A stretch of 60,867 nt of DNA, counting the filler, from Sphacelaria rigidula (lineage: Eukaryota), in the NCBI GenBank assembly GCA_964200075.2. It is 4 parts of 4 records of this genome, joined end to end, with 100 filler letters (N's around TTAATTAATTAA, not from the genome) between each part and the next. Parts side by side here need not be neighbours in the genome. Positions count along the whole stretch, not along the records: positions 30,492 to 45,634 come from CAXNAA020001890.1; positions 45,735 to 60,867 come from CAXNAA020001891.1; 2 more parts are not named here. One strand, given 5' to 3'. Shown one piece after another: positions 36,923 to 48,753 of this stretch (positions are counted from its first letter, which is position 1; each line of letters opens with the position of its first letter). The notes beneath the pieces were generated by a model. That model worked only from the letters and a program-made list of their open reading frames with translations, was not told the DNA's origin and made no database searches. The translations under genes and the position numbers were made by a program.

Positions 36923-37854
36923 TATACTGACTAGCTTCAAAGCGTATGTGGGATCCAAAAGTAGTACTGCCGACATCGTGGTCTAAGAGTTGAGAGTATA
37001 CCGATACTACATATGACCGCCGCTGGGGTGAGTGACACTTGTGTGCGTATTCCAGAGGTACAAGCTCAATTACTTCCGCCCTCGTCCCCCATGTGACAAC
37101 GCAGCGGAGCCTTGGGTGTGTAGACGGTATGTCGTCACTTCAGCTGCGATACATGGTCGGGGGAGCGAAGGTTTTAACTTTTGGACTGCGAGGGTAGTCC
37201 ATCTGGATCGTGCATCCCTTGTTCAAGTTAAAACGATGCCGATTCAACAGATGACTTACCCTGGTCGTCTAAGGGTTGAATGAATGTGCACATCCCGAAG
37301 CATGGGCTACAACAAACGGTGGGAAAAAATCCTCATTCAAGAATCCTGCCATTTAGCAGGATCCTTGAATGAACGAGGATGGATCCTTATCAAAGATCCA
37401 GTTAGAATTCCCGGATCTTCTTCCAGGGATGACTCGCGGAACGTCAAATGTTTGTTTTTTCTAGGAAAGGTCGCGAACGTATTCCCAACTTTCGACCATA
37501 AGGATCGAAAAACGTGACGTGGCCGTGCGCATTACAGTACACTACCAGTTGGTGAAACTGTCAAATGGAAGCTGTTCTTTACCGTTCTTCACTGTTCCTC
37601 GTTTCCCTTCACCTCATAAATCGGGAGGAATCCTCGATGTCACAGCTTCCTTGAGTTATCTCAAACTCGTAATCCAGGACATGCCGAACTAGTCGTCCAA
37701 CGATCCAGGATCGCCGAGTTTGAGATACCTCTCAAAAGTCGAGATGTACCAGACCCTGAATTATACATGGAAATGTACCCCACCGTGGACAAAACGAATC
37801 TACAGACATTACGAACACGATGTCGAAAGTGTACTGCGCAACGCCGAGTGTGCT

Positions 37855-37922
37855 GTGTATTGTCGTCCCATGTATTCTGGACGCCGGTCTCCACCTTTCG
37901 GTATATGTGGGCGCACCAGCCG
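37855..37922 (-). mobile_element. SINE 3' fragment
   Basis: TTGTCGTCCCATGTATTCTGGACGCCGGTCT...TGTGGGCGCACCAGCCG matches the SINE tail region. Confidence 0.75.
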
Positions 37923-40900
37923 CGGCTGTTACCATAAAGCTTCGCCCAAGATACAGGCAGCCATTACAGCGGCGGAGGCGGCCTTTCACTCCTGCGTGCG
38001 CCTCCTGGGGCAAACGCATGCTGTAGCTGCAACACGGACAGCTTTACAAAATGTGACGTAGCAATATAGCGCGTGGCGAAGAGGCATACATCCTGCGTAC
38101 ACGTTGACCGCGATACAACGGCCGCACTCATGATGTGGCGAACTGTGTAGGACAACGCGAAATCAATGCAGGGCAGGGATAGGCTTAGGATGCGACGTTC
38201 TGCGGTGTGTTTTGTCACCCTGCACCCCGCCGCTGTGCAGTGAGCAGGTAGTACCACCGCAGGCGTCGCGCCGCGGTTGGTACACAGTATCGGCTCCACA
38301 CCCGAGGGGTAACCTCTGCGTTGAGTTCAATAAAATGCACTGAATTAAATTACATAGGTGGAGCGCGTTATTTTCGAGCAGCACGCGCGCTAGCACTGCC
38401 GTGTTGCCGACACCGTGCCAGCGCGCTTGTGCACTACAGCGTTGTACTCCCCCGTGGCAGCCCGTCACGGCATCGCTCTTCATGTTTTATGACGCTTTAT
38501 TCGAAAGCACGCAGAAGAGATGCCAGCGTGTGTATCGTTGTTGCACTTGGACGTGTGGTGAACCAGTTTTCCGATCTGGTACTGCCGCATGCTCCGTGCT
38601 GTACCAACAAGTATACAGTACCAGTTCAAGAACGGAAATGCATGAAATATACGCCACCGACATACTCTGGTTATCATGAACTGTGTACGAGGCGCGGGGA
38701 GCGTAGTTTCTGTCAAGGAATTCAAGGACGCAAGCATTTTGCAGTACAGGTGGTTTTCATTATTAGCATGTAACACGGGGTTCGAACGAGACACGAAACA
38801 AAGCATTTACATGATGATACCTGGGGGTTTTGATACTGAAACGAGTCCATCAGTCCCTCCGCAACCTACCGTAAGGAGATAAATACCACTTGTTGATACA
38901 AAATAAGTTACGGCAGACCTTCATGTGAGAGTAGAGGGCCCAGCCGAGACCACTCCTGGTTCACCGCCGAAATCCGGGACGACAACGTCGCGAACACCGA
39001 AATAAATTGAAATTGGAAGCGCCCTGGGCACAGGGCAATCTGAACAAAGAACATGCCAAGAATTTTCCACGCATTCCAATTTTCCGGGAAGTGTCTCCCG
39101 CTGTCATGTCTTGTGACACGAGAGCTACTTCGCACTCTGGCACCGTCGGCCTCCAATCGAATTCCCATATATCCGAACGACATCCGATAACATGTGCGAT
39201 GCTTTGTACAGCCACGATCACTGCTGTAGAGAGACACAACAGCCTCTCTTGACCATATATTTTCGACTTGCTTCTCCCCCGGGAGGCCCGTACCAACCTC
39301 CTGAAGAGGAGCCTTGTATAACATATCGTTTGGTCGGCGGTGTGGAACCTTGCTAGATCTGCGTTTTCTTGCTGAACTTTCCACCCCATGTCTCAACCCA
39401 CCCATCAGCGAAATAAGTGGGACATACCAATATATCTATCGCGAAATCAGGTGTGTCGTTTGTGGCAATGCGTTGATGTTTGCTTCTACAGGCTGGGCCG
39501 CCTAAGAAGCGGACTCCCCTTCACGCGGTTCTAACTGATGATCTATCGCGAGTTGTGCCTACTATGACACATCGTCTTGAACTGCAAATCAATGCACGTA
39601 TTTCACTTAACGTAGCACTGCGATCTGACAAGTTCCCATCAAAAGAAATACCAAACTGCAGTCAGCTTCGAAGTGTAGAGAGTTGAGGGTGGCATGTGCG
39701 GCGGAAGTGGGAGGGAAAAACGGCTGAAATCGCATTTACGGTTACAGTCAGTTGTGCCGCGGCCGCGAAGTGATGGTTCTGCACTAGTTGTGGTTGTACA
39801 ACAAGGCATGCCGTACTGTAGGCGCGCAGTGTCTGAGATGGCACGCAGACGAGACCTCCAGCGCGCCAAGGCGTCGCCCTTGTAGAAGATGTCAAAGTTC
39901 CGGCTGAGGTTATTGCACTCTAAAAGCAAGTGAACCGGTTCTCGGCAGAAAAACGCGATTTCACGCTCAATTTGAAGTCGTTCTCCATGACATTTGACAC
40001 CGTATACATGAGATATATGTGAATTCCCTACCGTTTGCCCCCTCCTTTTTTAATTCTCGTATGTTATTGGGGATCTAAATTTCGGAACATTTTTTTCTGG
40101 TGCAAAAGCGTCGATGACTCTCTAAAAAACAATGTTAAGGGGGGACAAGAGGAAGTTGAAAAAATACCTCATGCATCGTGTCGAAATTTCATGAAAAAAT
40201 ACTTGAAATCCAAGAGCATGACCGCGTTTCAGTATTTCGTGGCTGGTTCATCTCCACATGGGAACCAGTCTTGGATACGAACACGCGATTTAACAGCTGA
40301 GTTTCAGGTCAGTTTCAATGAAATTTCGACACGATGTACATGATGTATGTGCAAAGACGCCACCGTTTCCCCTCTACATTTTTTTTTCAGTGAGTTATCC
40401 GCGATCAAACATTTCAGAACAGTTTTTCGGAACAAATTCGTGAATGACTTGAGGAAAAACAATAATGTATCAGGGGAAAAGTGGCGTCTTGGTACGTACA
40501 TCGTGTACATTGTGTCAAACTTTCATAGAAAACAACCTGAAGTCTCTTGAATCGCGTGTTCACATCCCTGTCCGCGTCTTGGGCGGCTCAGCCTGTATAG
40601 TTTGTTCTTCAAGATCCGTGCTGACGCGTTAATTTGTTTTCCACCAAGGTAAATTTTTCCCGTGCGTGTCCCTGTGAGTAGCTCAATCAATCATGTTGTG
40701 ATGACTACTCCTTGTGAGCTGATTTGGAGGTCGCCTCGTCATCGCTTCTTAAATACGACTTACCTCGTTCAGAACACTGTTTCATTCTACGCTACAAAAC
40801 GCTCCACAACCACAAAGTGCTATGGCGCTCACTTCTGTGTTACAACAGATGGTACCCACTAAGTTGTGTTTTGGCCCCGACAACTTCATGCACTCGCTTA

Positions 40901-42229
40901 CGGGCCATGTTCCATACCCTTGGGCGTCGCTCTTACTGTACCCAGAATAGTAGAGGCACCGATTGCCTGCGTTTCCATCGAAAAATCACGCTACGCTTGA
41001 GTGTTGTCATTCCGAGCAGCCAAGACACGGCCAGGTCGTTTGAGCTTCGCGCACCCACACGCTAGGACTGTGATCCCGGAGCAGTCCCGATGCCGATACA
41101 CGAAGCCCTGTGCTTCTCATCTGCACCTCGTGGGGAATGAAAGCACGAGCCACAGCTACTCCAGCCCCTGTAAATGCACAGCTCCGCAGACTCATCGTAT
41201 GGCCCGTCGACATCCCCTGTCTCACGTCATGCCAATGACTTGTGCCGTTGTACGCTGTTTGATGGGAGCATGTGCAAGAATATTGTTGCTTCGTTGAGTC
41301 GTTATATCAGAGTAATCCCAAGCCCAACAGTGCACGAGCTACTTTGACTTCATTTCGCCCAGCTAAGGAGATACAAGTATCAGTGCTTACAGTCTCCGGG
41401 CAAGGGGTCAGCAACAGAGTAACGGCAACACGAGATAGGTGGCGACAGGAGCGATTGATGTGAGCACAGCTTGCTGTTATCATGCCGCCATGCGAGGGCC
41501 ATATGGGAGGTGCAGTACAGGGCACATTTCCCCGAACACACGCAGCCACCACACCCAATGTGGATCATTCCTTGCCTACCCATGGAGATAGGGTGATATA
41601 TCCCAATAGCGCGCGACAGTATGCTGAACAAGCGGTGAATCGGCGTATGCTGCCCACCTCTACATGATGACCTGGCTGGTATGGGCTTTCGATGTCGGAA
41701 GTTTTGGTGCTAAGGGATATCACTGACATGAAGAGACTGACTGTCCAGCCTGCGTATTCCCCCAATGCGAAGTGTCTACAGCAGTGGTCGTTGGCGCGAT
41801 GTTTGGACAAAATCTGATGGGTGAAAACAAACATACGAGCGGACCTTGGCACTTGAGAATCATGTGTATGCTCATAGTTGGACGCCTCTTCCTTTGCTTC
41901 AGTCGTCCCGCCGCGCTGCAATCACGGTGTCTACCCTACTCTTTTTATCAATGAAATGCCCTGCCCCCTGCAGCGATCGTGCTGCAGCAGCAGTCCTTGT
42001 CGCCTGATGACTCCACAGTTGTCCCGTCAGTCCCCTCTAGTCCACATGACCATTTGCGACCAGGATACCACGGTGACCATTTACCCACGTTTCACATCGG
42101 CACGACCTCCGGTAATATTTGCTCCTTGATTGACGCAGGCTTGTGTTAAATTTGGAACAGTACGGATCGGAGCTTCAGCAGCGAGACTACGGCGGCCCCA
42201 ACCCCATCTCTGGTGTTGCCTTGGGGAGG

Positions 42230-42444
42230 ATGCCTATTGGATGCACCCGCAGAGGTTGAACAACGATGGCATCATATCCTGGAGCATGTAGTCGGAAAGC
42301 TGGATTCTGCGCCTCACACGTGTGAGCGGGCATGGCACATGTAGTGAGTAGGTGGTCTGGCGAGCAGGGCTGCTCCACAAAACCATCGGCCGGTGCGGCC
42401 AGTGCCAGGAAGGCGGAGTTAGCCCCACACACACTTGAACAAGA
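42230..42444 (+). pseudogene. Two decayed N-terminal EsV-1-7 repeats, probably the original 5' end of the gene
   Basis: ATG at 42230 reads MPIGCTRRG*TTMASYPGACSRKAGFCASHV*AGMAHVVSRWSGEQGCSTKPSAGAASARKAEL, with two in-frame TGA and a frameshift relative to ORF 42445. Confidence 0.75.
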
Positions 42445-44577
42445 ATGGTTGATGTGGTGAACAAGCGGTGCGGCGAGGAGGGCGGCTCCAAACAACCTTC
42501 ACTCGGTGAAGTCGGTAGCACGGAGGCGGAGTTCTGCGCCGCACACGCCCGAGCGGGCATGGTCAATGTCGTAAGCAGGCGGTGCGGCGAGGAGGGCTGC
42601 TTCACACGACCATCGTTCGGTGCAGTCGGTGGCAGCAAGGCGGAGTTCTGCGCCAAACACGCCCGAGCGGGTATGGTCGACGTGAGAAGCAAGCGGTGCG
42701 GTGAGGAGGGCTGCTCCACTCACCCATCGTTCGGTGCAGTTGGTAGCAGGAAGGCGGAGTTCTGCGCCACACACGCCCGAGCGGGCATGGTCAACGTAGT
42801 ACGCACGCGGTGCGGCGAGGAGGGCTGCTCCAAATCATCATCGTTCGGTGAACCCGGCAAGAGAAAGGCGGAGTACTGCGCCACACACGCCCGAGCGGGT
42901 ATGGTCGACGTGATACACAAGCGATGCGGCGAGGAGAGCTGCTGCAGATACCCTTTGTTTGGTGCAGTCGGTAGCAGGAAGGCGGAGTTTTGCGCCATAC
43001 ACGCCCGAGCGGGCATGGTCAATGTCGTAAGCAGGCGGTGCGGCGAGGAGGGCTGCTCCACACAACCATCGTTCGGTGCAGTCGGTGGCAGGAAGGCGGA
43101 GTTCTGCGCCAAACACGCCCGAGCGGGCATGGTCAACGTAGTACGCACGCGGTGCGGCGAGAAAAGCTGCGCCAAATCATCATCGTTCGGTGAACCCGGC
43201 AAGAGAAAGGCGGTGTACTGCGCCACACACGCACGAGCGGGTATGGTCGACGAGAACAAGCGGTGCGATGGGGAGGGCTGCTCCAGACGACCATCGTTCG
43301 GCGAACCCGGCAAGAGAAAGGCGGAGTTCTGCGCCGCACACGCCCGACTAGGCATGGTCAACGTAATACGCACGCGGTGCGGCGAAAAGAGCTGCTCAAA
43401 ATTCCCTTCGTTCGGTGCAGTCTGTGGCGGGAAGGCAGATTTTTGCGCCGCACACGCCCGAGCGGGCATGACCGATGTGGTGAACAAGCCGTGCGGCGAG
43501 GAGGGCTGCTCCAGGCGACAATCGTTCGGCGCAGTCGGCGGGAGGAAAGCGAAGTTCTGCGCCTCACACGCCCGAGCGCGCACCGTTGATGTGGTGAACA
43601 AGTCGTGCGGTGAGGAGGGCTGCTCCAAACAACTATCGTTCGGTCCAGTCGGTAGCACGCAGGCGGAGTACGGTGCCACACACGCCCGAGAGGGCATGAT
43701 CACCGTGGTGAGCAAGCTATGTGGCGAGGAGGGCTGCTTCAAGCAGCCATCGTCCGGTGCAGCCGGTGGCAGGAAGGCGGAGTTCCGCGCCATACACGCC
43801 CGTGCAGGGATGATCAACGTGAACGGCAATGAAAGTGCCTTGCAGATCTGTTCGAAGCGGGTGGGGGGGCAGCGGGGTACCTGCCATCTTCCTGCACATG
43901 ACCTGACTATGGCGTCTGATGCCGCAGGCCGTGCCCGAGAGAAGAAACGCCCTAACTATGACTTGGCCGTAGGAGAGACTGGTGTCGGTATCGATGGAGG
44001 AGCTGCAGATGTCATTCACCCACCGAAGGTTTATCCCAACACGAGCGATGGTGGCCATGAATCTGACTCGTGTACGTGCTCGTGTGCCATCCGTGCTAGG
44101 CGACAGGCAGCGAGTTCTAAGACCACACCGCCTGCCGCCTCAGGGCAGTCCTACGGCCCGACGGCAGCAGATAGGGTTCCCTTCGGCGGGGTAGAGATGC
44201 GCATGAAAATGAAAATTGAGACGGCTGTTGCCCCCGTGCGAGCCGATAATGGGATACGAACCAGTAAATTGGTTACTGGGCGATCCAGCGCCTACGACAG
44301 CATGGCTCATGGCGGCTCCAGCAGCTCTACCGGAAACGAGAGCTGCGATTGTAGCATCACCAATGAAGGGCCCATCAAGCGGCTACGCCGGACGGCGCAG
44401 GTGGAGTCGGTACTCGATGTGCCGGCGGGGGATGACGCAATATCTGACAAAGTGGGAACCGACGTGAAGTTCGAATGGAATGTGTCTGCTCCCCCTCGCC
44501 ACGGAACCTCGACCTTCCCCCGCACGAGAGGGAGCTACGTTGTTAAGAAGACGGGTGCACGCTTTTTTCTCACGTGA
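42445..44577 (+). CDS. EsV-1-7 cysteine-rich repeat protein (12 tandem C-x4-C-x16-C-x2-H units plus low-complexity C-terminus), 710 aa, no intron evident
   Basis: Longest ORF in the window. 114-bp units at 42445-43809 with consensus MVDVVSKRCGEEGCSKxPSFGAVGGRKAEFCAxHARAG, the motif of Ectocarpus siliculosus virus-1 protein 7 and brown algal IMM-family proteins. Confidence 0.9.
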   Translation: MVDVVNKRCGEEGGSKQPSLGEVGSTEAEFCAAHARAGMVNVVSRRCGEEGCFTRPSFGAVGGSKAEFCAKHARAGMVDVRSKRCGEEGCSTHPSFGAVGSRKAEFCATHARAGMVNVVRTRCGEEGCSKSSSFGEPGKRKAEYCATHARAGMVDVIHKRCGEESCCRYPLFGAVGSRKAEFCAIHARAGMVNVVSRRCGEEGCSTQPSFGAVGGRKAEFCAKHARAGMVNVVRTRCGEKSCAKSSSFGEPGKRKAVYCATHARAGMVDENKRCDGEGCSRRPSFGEPGKRKAEFCAAHARLGMVNVIRTRCGEKSCSKFPSFGAVCGGKADFCAAHARAGMTDVVNKPCGEEGCSRRQSFGAVGGRKAKFCASHARARTVDVVNKSCGEEGCSKQLSFGPVGSTQAEYGATHAREGMITVVSKLCGEEGCFKQPSSGAAGGRKAEFRAIHARAGMINVNGNESALQICSKRVGGQRGTCHLPAHDLTMASDAAGRAREKKRPNYDLAVGETGVGIDGGAADVIHPPKVYPNTSDGGHESDSCTCSCAIRARRQAASSKTTPPAASGQSYGPTAADRVPFGGVEMRMKMKIETAVAPVRADNGIRTSKLVTGRSSAYDSMAHGGSSSSTGNESCDCSITNEGPIKRLRRTAQVESVLDVPAGDDAISDKVGTDVKFEWNVSAPPRHGTSTFPRTRGSYVVKKTGARFFLT

Positions 44578-44834
44578 TTTGCGGCAGAGCAAAAGTGTGA
44601 GTGAGGTATCTGTGCACAAGAGTCGGACGGCGTATTTTCTCCTTCATAAACCGCGAAACAGTACGTGTACGTATTTCCACATTCTCTCAAGAGAGAGAAA
44701 AGGGAAGGGAGTGCAACACGCAAATACGGACATGATGAATGATCCAAAGTTGCAAGAGAGGGATGACGATGAGAGGAAACGGGTGGACGGTAATGGGTGT
44801 TTTCAATTTTCCACACCCTGGACAATACAATATG

Positions 44835-45469
44835 TAATATATATTGCCCGCTCATTATATCGAGGCGTCGGGTGGTCAATATATATTAGGCGAGCAATAT
44901 GATGATACGAGAGAGGGCCAATATATATTGTGCCATCAATATATCAAGGCTCGCGACATGCAATATATATCGACGGAACAATATATCACGACACGCGCCA
45001 CCTCAATATGTATTGGCCGAGTATTATGTTGGTGCGAGAAGGCACCAATATATATTCATCGAGTAATATATTTGGTGCCACCCGAGGTCAATATATATTG
45101 GGTGGACAATACACGAGGGAACCGACGGTCACAATATAGGCTGATGTATCAGAATGTATTGATTTTCAACGCATAGATTGGAAAGTGTATTGGAATTAGT
45201 ATCGTGGGCAGTTCTTTGTTCGCGGGCGCAATTCAAAGACGTAATTTACATGCCAAAGATGCTCGATGTATTCCTCCGCAAGCGTGTTCAATATATATTG
45301 GCTGCACAATAGCTATCCGATCAGCGTGCGCACTATATAATGGGAAAACAATACTTCTGCATGGTTTGCGTTCAATATATATTTTGGTAACAATATGCTA
45401 CGCATCGCCTCGACTCAATACATATTGACACTTCGATACATACACGGCCGGCATGCACAATATATATTG
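44835..45469. repeat. Phased array of CAATATATATTG palindromes, 42-43-bp period, 7 + 5 units
   Basis: Motif starts at 44835, 44877, 44919, 44961, 45004, 45046, 45089, then 45289, 45331, 45373, 45416, 45458. Intervening sequence is divergent. Confidence 0.85.
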
Positions 45470-45634
45470 ACATATATTACTTTATGATCCTGACACGAGC
45501 AATACTTCCTTTGTCCCATAAGTCTGAATCGTTATGTTAGTACGAGCCCTTAACGATGTCCGATTTGGTTTTCGATTATTTGGTTGCATTCGTTGGCGCT
45601 TTTTGAGCTGGAAATAACACTCTTTCTACAACAT

Positions 45635-45734
45635 NNNNNNNNNNNNNNNNNNNNNNNNNNNNNNNNNNNNNNNNNNNNTTAATTAATTAANNNNNNNNNN
45701 NNNNNNNNNNNNNNNNNNNNNNNNNNNNNNNNNN
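45635..45734. other. Artificial contig spacer
   Basis: 44 N + TTAATTAATTAA + 44 N. Confidence 0.97.
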
Positions 45735-47054
45735 CACGAGTCGACTCATTATACTAAAACCAAGTAATTTCGAGACGAATCATTGATTTGTCCGACCCTT
45801 CCAACGCTTCCCAGGAGGGGAATGAGGATATAAAGAGAATGAGAGTGAAAATGCGAATGGAAACGTGATATGGCACGTGGGCAGCTTGTCGTGATCATCA
45901 TCATACTCGCAATGCCATTCAGCTCCCACTGTCTCCATAAGAGGGGTCTTGATTGCGTCGTGACCCCTCGCGTTCATGAGCTTGGAAGTGTTATGATGGC
46001 ACGTTTTCAGCATTTGGACGTGTACAAGTGGCAAATAACAAAATATAATCAAACGAAAAAAACGAGCTTTTTAACGCGGCCAAATTCAGTGTTGGCGGAA
46101 GGAAAGGGGGGGTGGAGTATAGGCCGAGGAGGAGCTCTCCTCCCAATATCTATACAGTAATTCTATTGGTAACGGGGTGGTTTCTCGCCTTCAGGAAATG
46201 CCATCATGTATCTTGGAGCGAACAGGATGAATTTTTTTCTCACGATTTTCGACACCGACAACGACGTGACCGACAGTACGGATATAACAGTTTCTGAGCA
46301 AATATTGTTAAGAGCTTGGGGTATAGGTCGAAACCCTGCTTGGTCCACAAACCACAATGAAAAACGAAGGGTTGTTTTGCTTGGTTATTCTCTAGTATCC
46401 CCCTTATTCCCCATGTAAGCTACCGTAGCGCAATGCCGTGGAGCAGGTAATGTACAACAAGGGACAGCGGCACACTTTGTACCTCAGAGGATGTAACCTT
46501 TTGTGTGATCGCCAGGTGGTCTCGTGTCATCTGGGTCCTACTAGAGATTCATTTTCAAGTGAAGGTAATGCCATTTCAACGGATGAACCACCCTACCAAG
46601 ACCAGTCGATATATTTACAACGCTTTCCCCCGCCCGCGGTTGCTGGCGGCTCATTACACGGTACAGTCCCGCCTCTCCTTGAGAGGATGGCAATAGCGGC
46701 GGTGTGCTTAGCCGCTTATTCACGGTCCGGGTGCTTGCTTGGCCGATTTTTATTCACCGTGATAGTCTTGACCGTCAAAACGGTTGTGCAGCCTGTAGTG
46801 ATAGAGGGTGGGTTGGGGGTTGTCGGCCGTGTCTACCAAAGGCTCAGGAGCTGCAGCACGGTGAAACAGCACATGTTCCATGTCATAGATTTTCCCCTCA
46901 TTTCAGACGGTTTCTCAACTTTTGCCGAGCGCCGATTTTTAAACGCTCGGCCATGATCACGCTTCGCGCGAAAATTTTTCATTTCACTTTGAGTTACCCC
47001 TATCTGTGGGAGGTGAGCCTACAAAAAGGGGAAGAAAAGCTCACCGCTGGGACT

Positions 47055-47064
47055 TGTGTATGTG

Positions 47065-47115
<51 letters not shown>
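47055..47115. repeat. (GT)n microsatellite
   Basis: About 30 near-perfect GT units. Confidence 0.95.
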
Positions 47116-47118
<3 letters not shown>

Positions 47119-47149
47119 TCCGTCAACCCGTGCTTGTTATGGTCATTTG

Positions 47150-47252
47150 ACAAAATCCGACTCAACGGTCGACGAGGGAAGGGGACTGCTGAACCCCTCT
47201 CACGATAAAAAATAAGGCAAGCACCGCGAAAGGAAGATGGGGTATTGACCTT
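47150..47252 (+). mobile_element. Internal SINE fragment
   Basis: CGACTCAACGGTCGACGAGGGAAGGGGACTGCTGAACCC...GCAAGCACCGC matches ~2945-3025. Confidence 0.75.
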
Positions 47253-48753
47253 TTCAGCAACAAAAAAAAAAGTTGAGCGCGTTGATCGCATAGATGTTGT
47301 TCATATTGTTACCGTTGTTGTTTTGTGACATTAGCCCATTTTCAGAAATGCAGCACCCGTGGTCACCAAAGTCGTGACACAAACAGACAGAATACAAGGA
47401 AACACAGAATGTGCTACAGTACTTACTACTGTCGGGAGTGATCATGGCTACTGTACGGTCCTGTTGAAAAAGCAGAGACGGCAATGCCGCCTGCTCCGAA
47501 ATACTGTATTTGCAATCTGCTTCCCGTGCTGAGAAAATATACGTATCTCCGAAAAATGTTATTACTACCGCGCCACCTCGGGAAGACTTGCTGTACGACC
47601 TATCTCCGACGGGATTGATTCTGGCGCACCCTGTTGATTATCCGCGCACCCAGTCTGACTTTGGCCGGACCGACGATTTCCAGAACGATTCCCCACGAGA
47701 AACGTATTTATCTTCTGAGGCTGGCACATCATGCATTACATTGCATTACATTACATTATTTGTGTGCTTCTTCCGGAAACTCGAAGGTTTTCGTAGTTCG
47801 CTTGAGAAATTGCCATCAAATAGTCCGGCCGAACGTTAGCTCTTTAGGGTCCGGTCCGTCTTAGGCCGTGTCTTAGCACATCATTCTCCGATCGAAAAAG
47901 TGCGGTGAAAAACAAATATTCCGATCTGATGGGTAGGTCGTGATTTCAACCATCTTCAAAATAAACTACGATAGTTGAAAACACGACTTATTTCATCATA
48001 TTGGAGTTTTTTTCTTCCTTTTCCACCGCAAAGTTTCGGTCGAAAAAAATGCGCGAAGACACGCCCCTATCGAGTGAAAAAAAAAGCGAGAAACGGAACA
48101 ACCGTCCAAGAGTATCAGCCTGACGACCAATCAACGTGCTGCATTTGGACGGTTGTTTCATTTCTCGCGTTTGGGGGGGGGTTCGATCACACACGGGCAT
48201 TTATTAGAGGTACAGTATCGCAAATTTGAGGTTCCCCGTATATTCAGCACAACCAGAATATCCTATTTTCAGTCATCTTTTTCTTCACGACCAGGGTAGG
48301 TGTTTCGAGTCATAAAGTTCTCTTTCAAGTAAATATAGATTATAAATCATGATGATTCCAACATATCGCCCGCCCTAACGTCCGAAGGGTTTTATTACTC
48401 TTCCACCGCCGGAGGTGTCGATTCATGGAGAATAAATATCATTTTCACTCGAACAAAAAACGAAAACGATGCCGATCGAACACATGGACACCTCCCGCGG
48501 TGGACAAAGAGTTCAACACTGGATGCGCACGATACATCAGGAAAGCGCGCCAGGATCGTGACTAGCAGTAACAAACAAATATCCCTTCCCGACGTGGGAC
48601 CATCCGCCAACCCCCGTATGGCAGCAAAAATCGGCGCTAAATTGCGAAAAGAGGATTTTCTTCTATGCAGAGATACAAAACATTTTTCATTTTCCCGTGA
48701 CACAAAAAGCGTTTTATCTCACAATTATGGAAGAGCAAACGTGGCAACGGTTA

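Noticed and set aside
42234-43829. Long antisense ORFs (161 and 369 aa) over the EsV-1-7 repeats
   Set aside because: Shadow frames of a GC-rich tandem repeat; no independent evidence of coding.
42445-44577. Integrated phaeovirus (EsV-1-like provirus)
   Set aside because: No other NCLDV genes or gene-dense tract nearby; EsV-1-7 repeat genes are a known host family in brown algae.
44835-45469. CRISPR array interpretation of the phased palindromes
   Set aside because: Repeat is only 12 bp and degenerate, spacers share residual motifs, there are no cas genes, the context is eukaryotic, and the motif recurs in a dispersed repeat.
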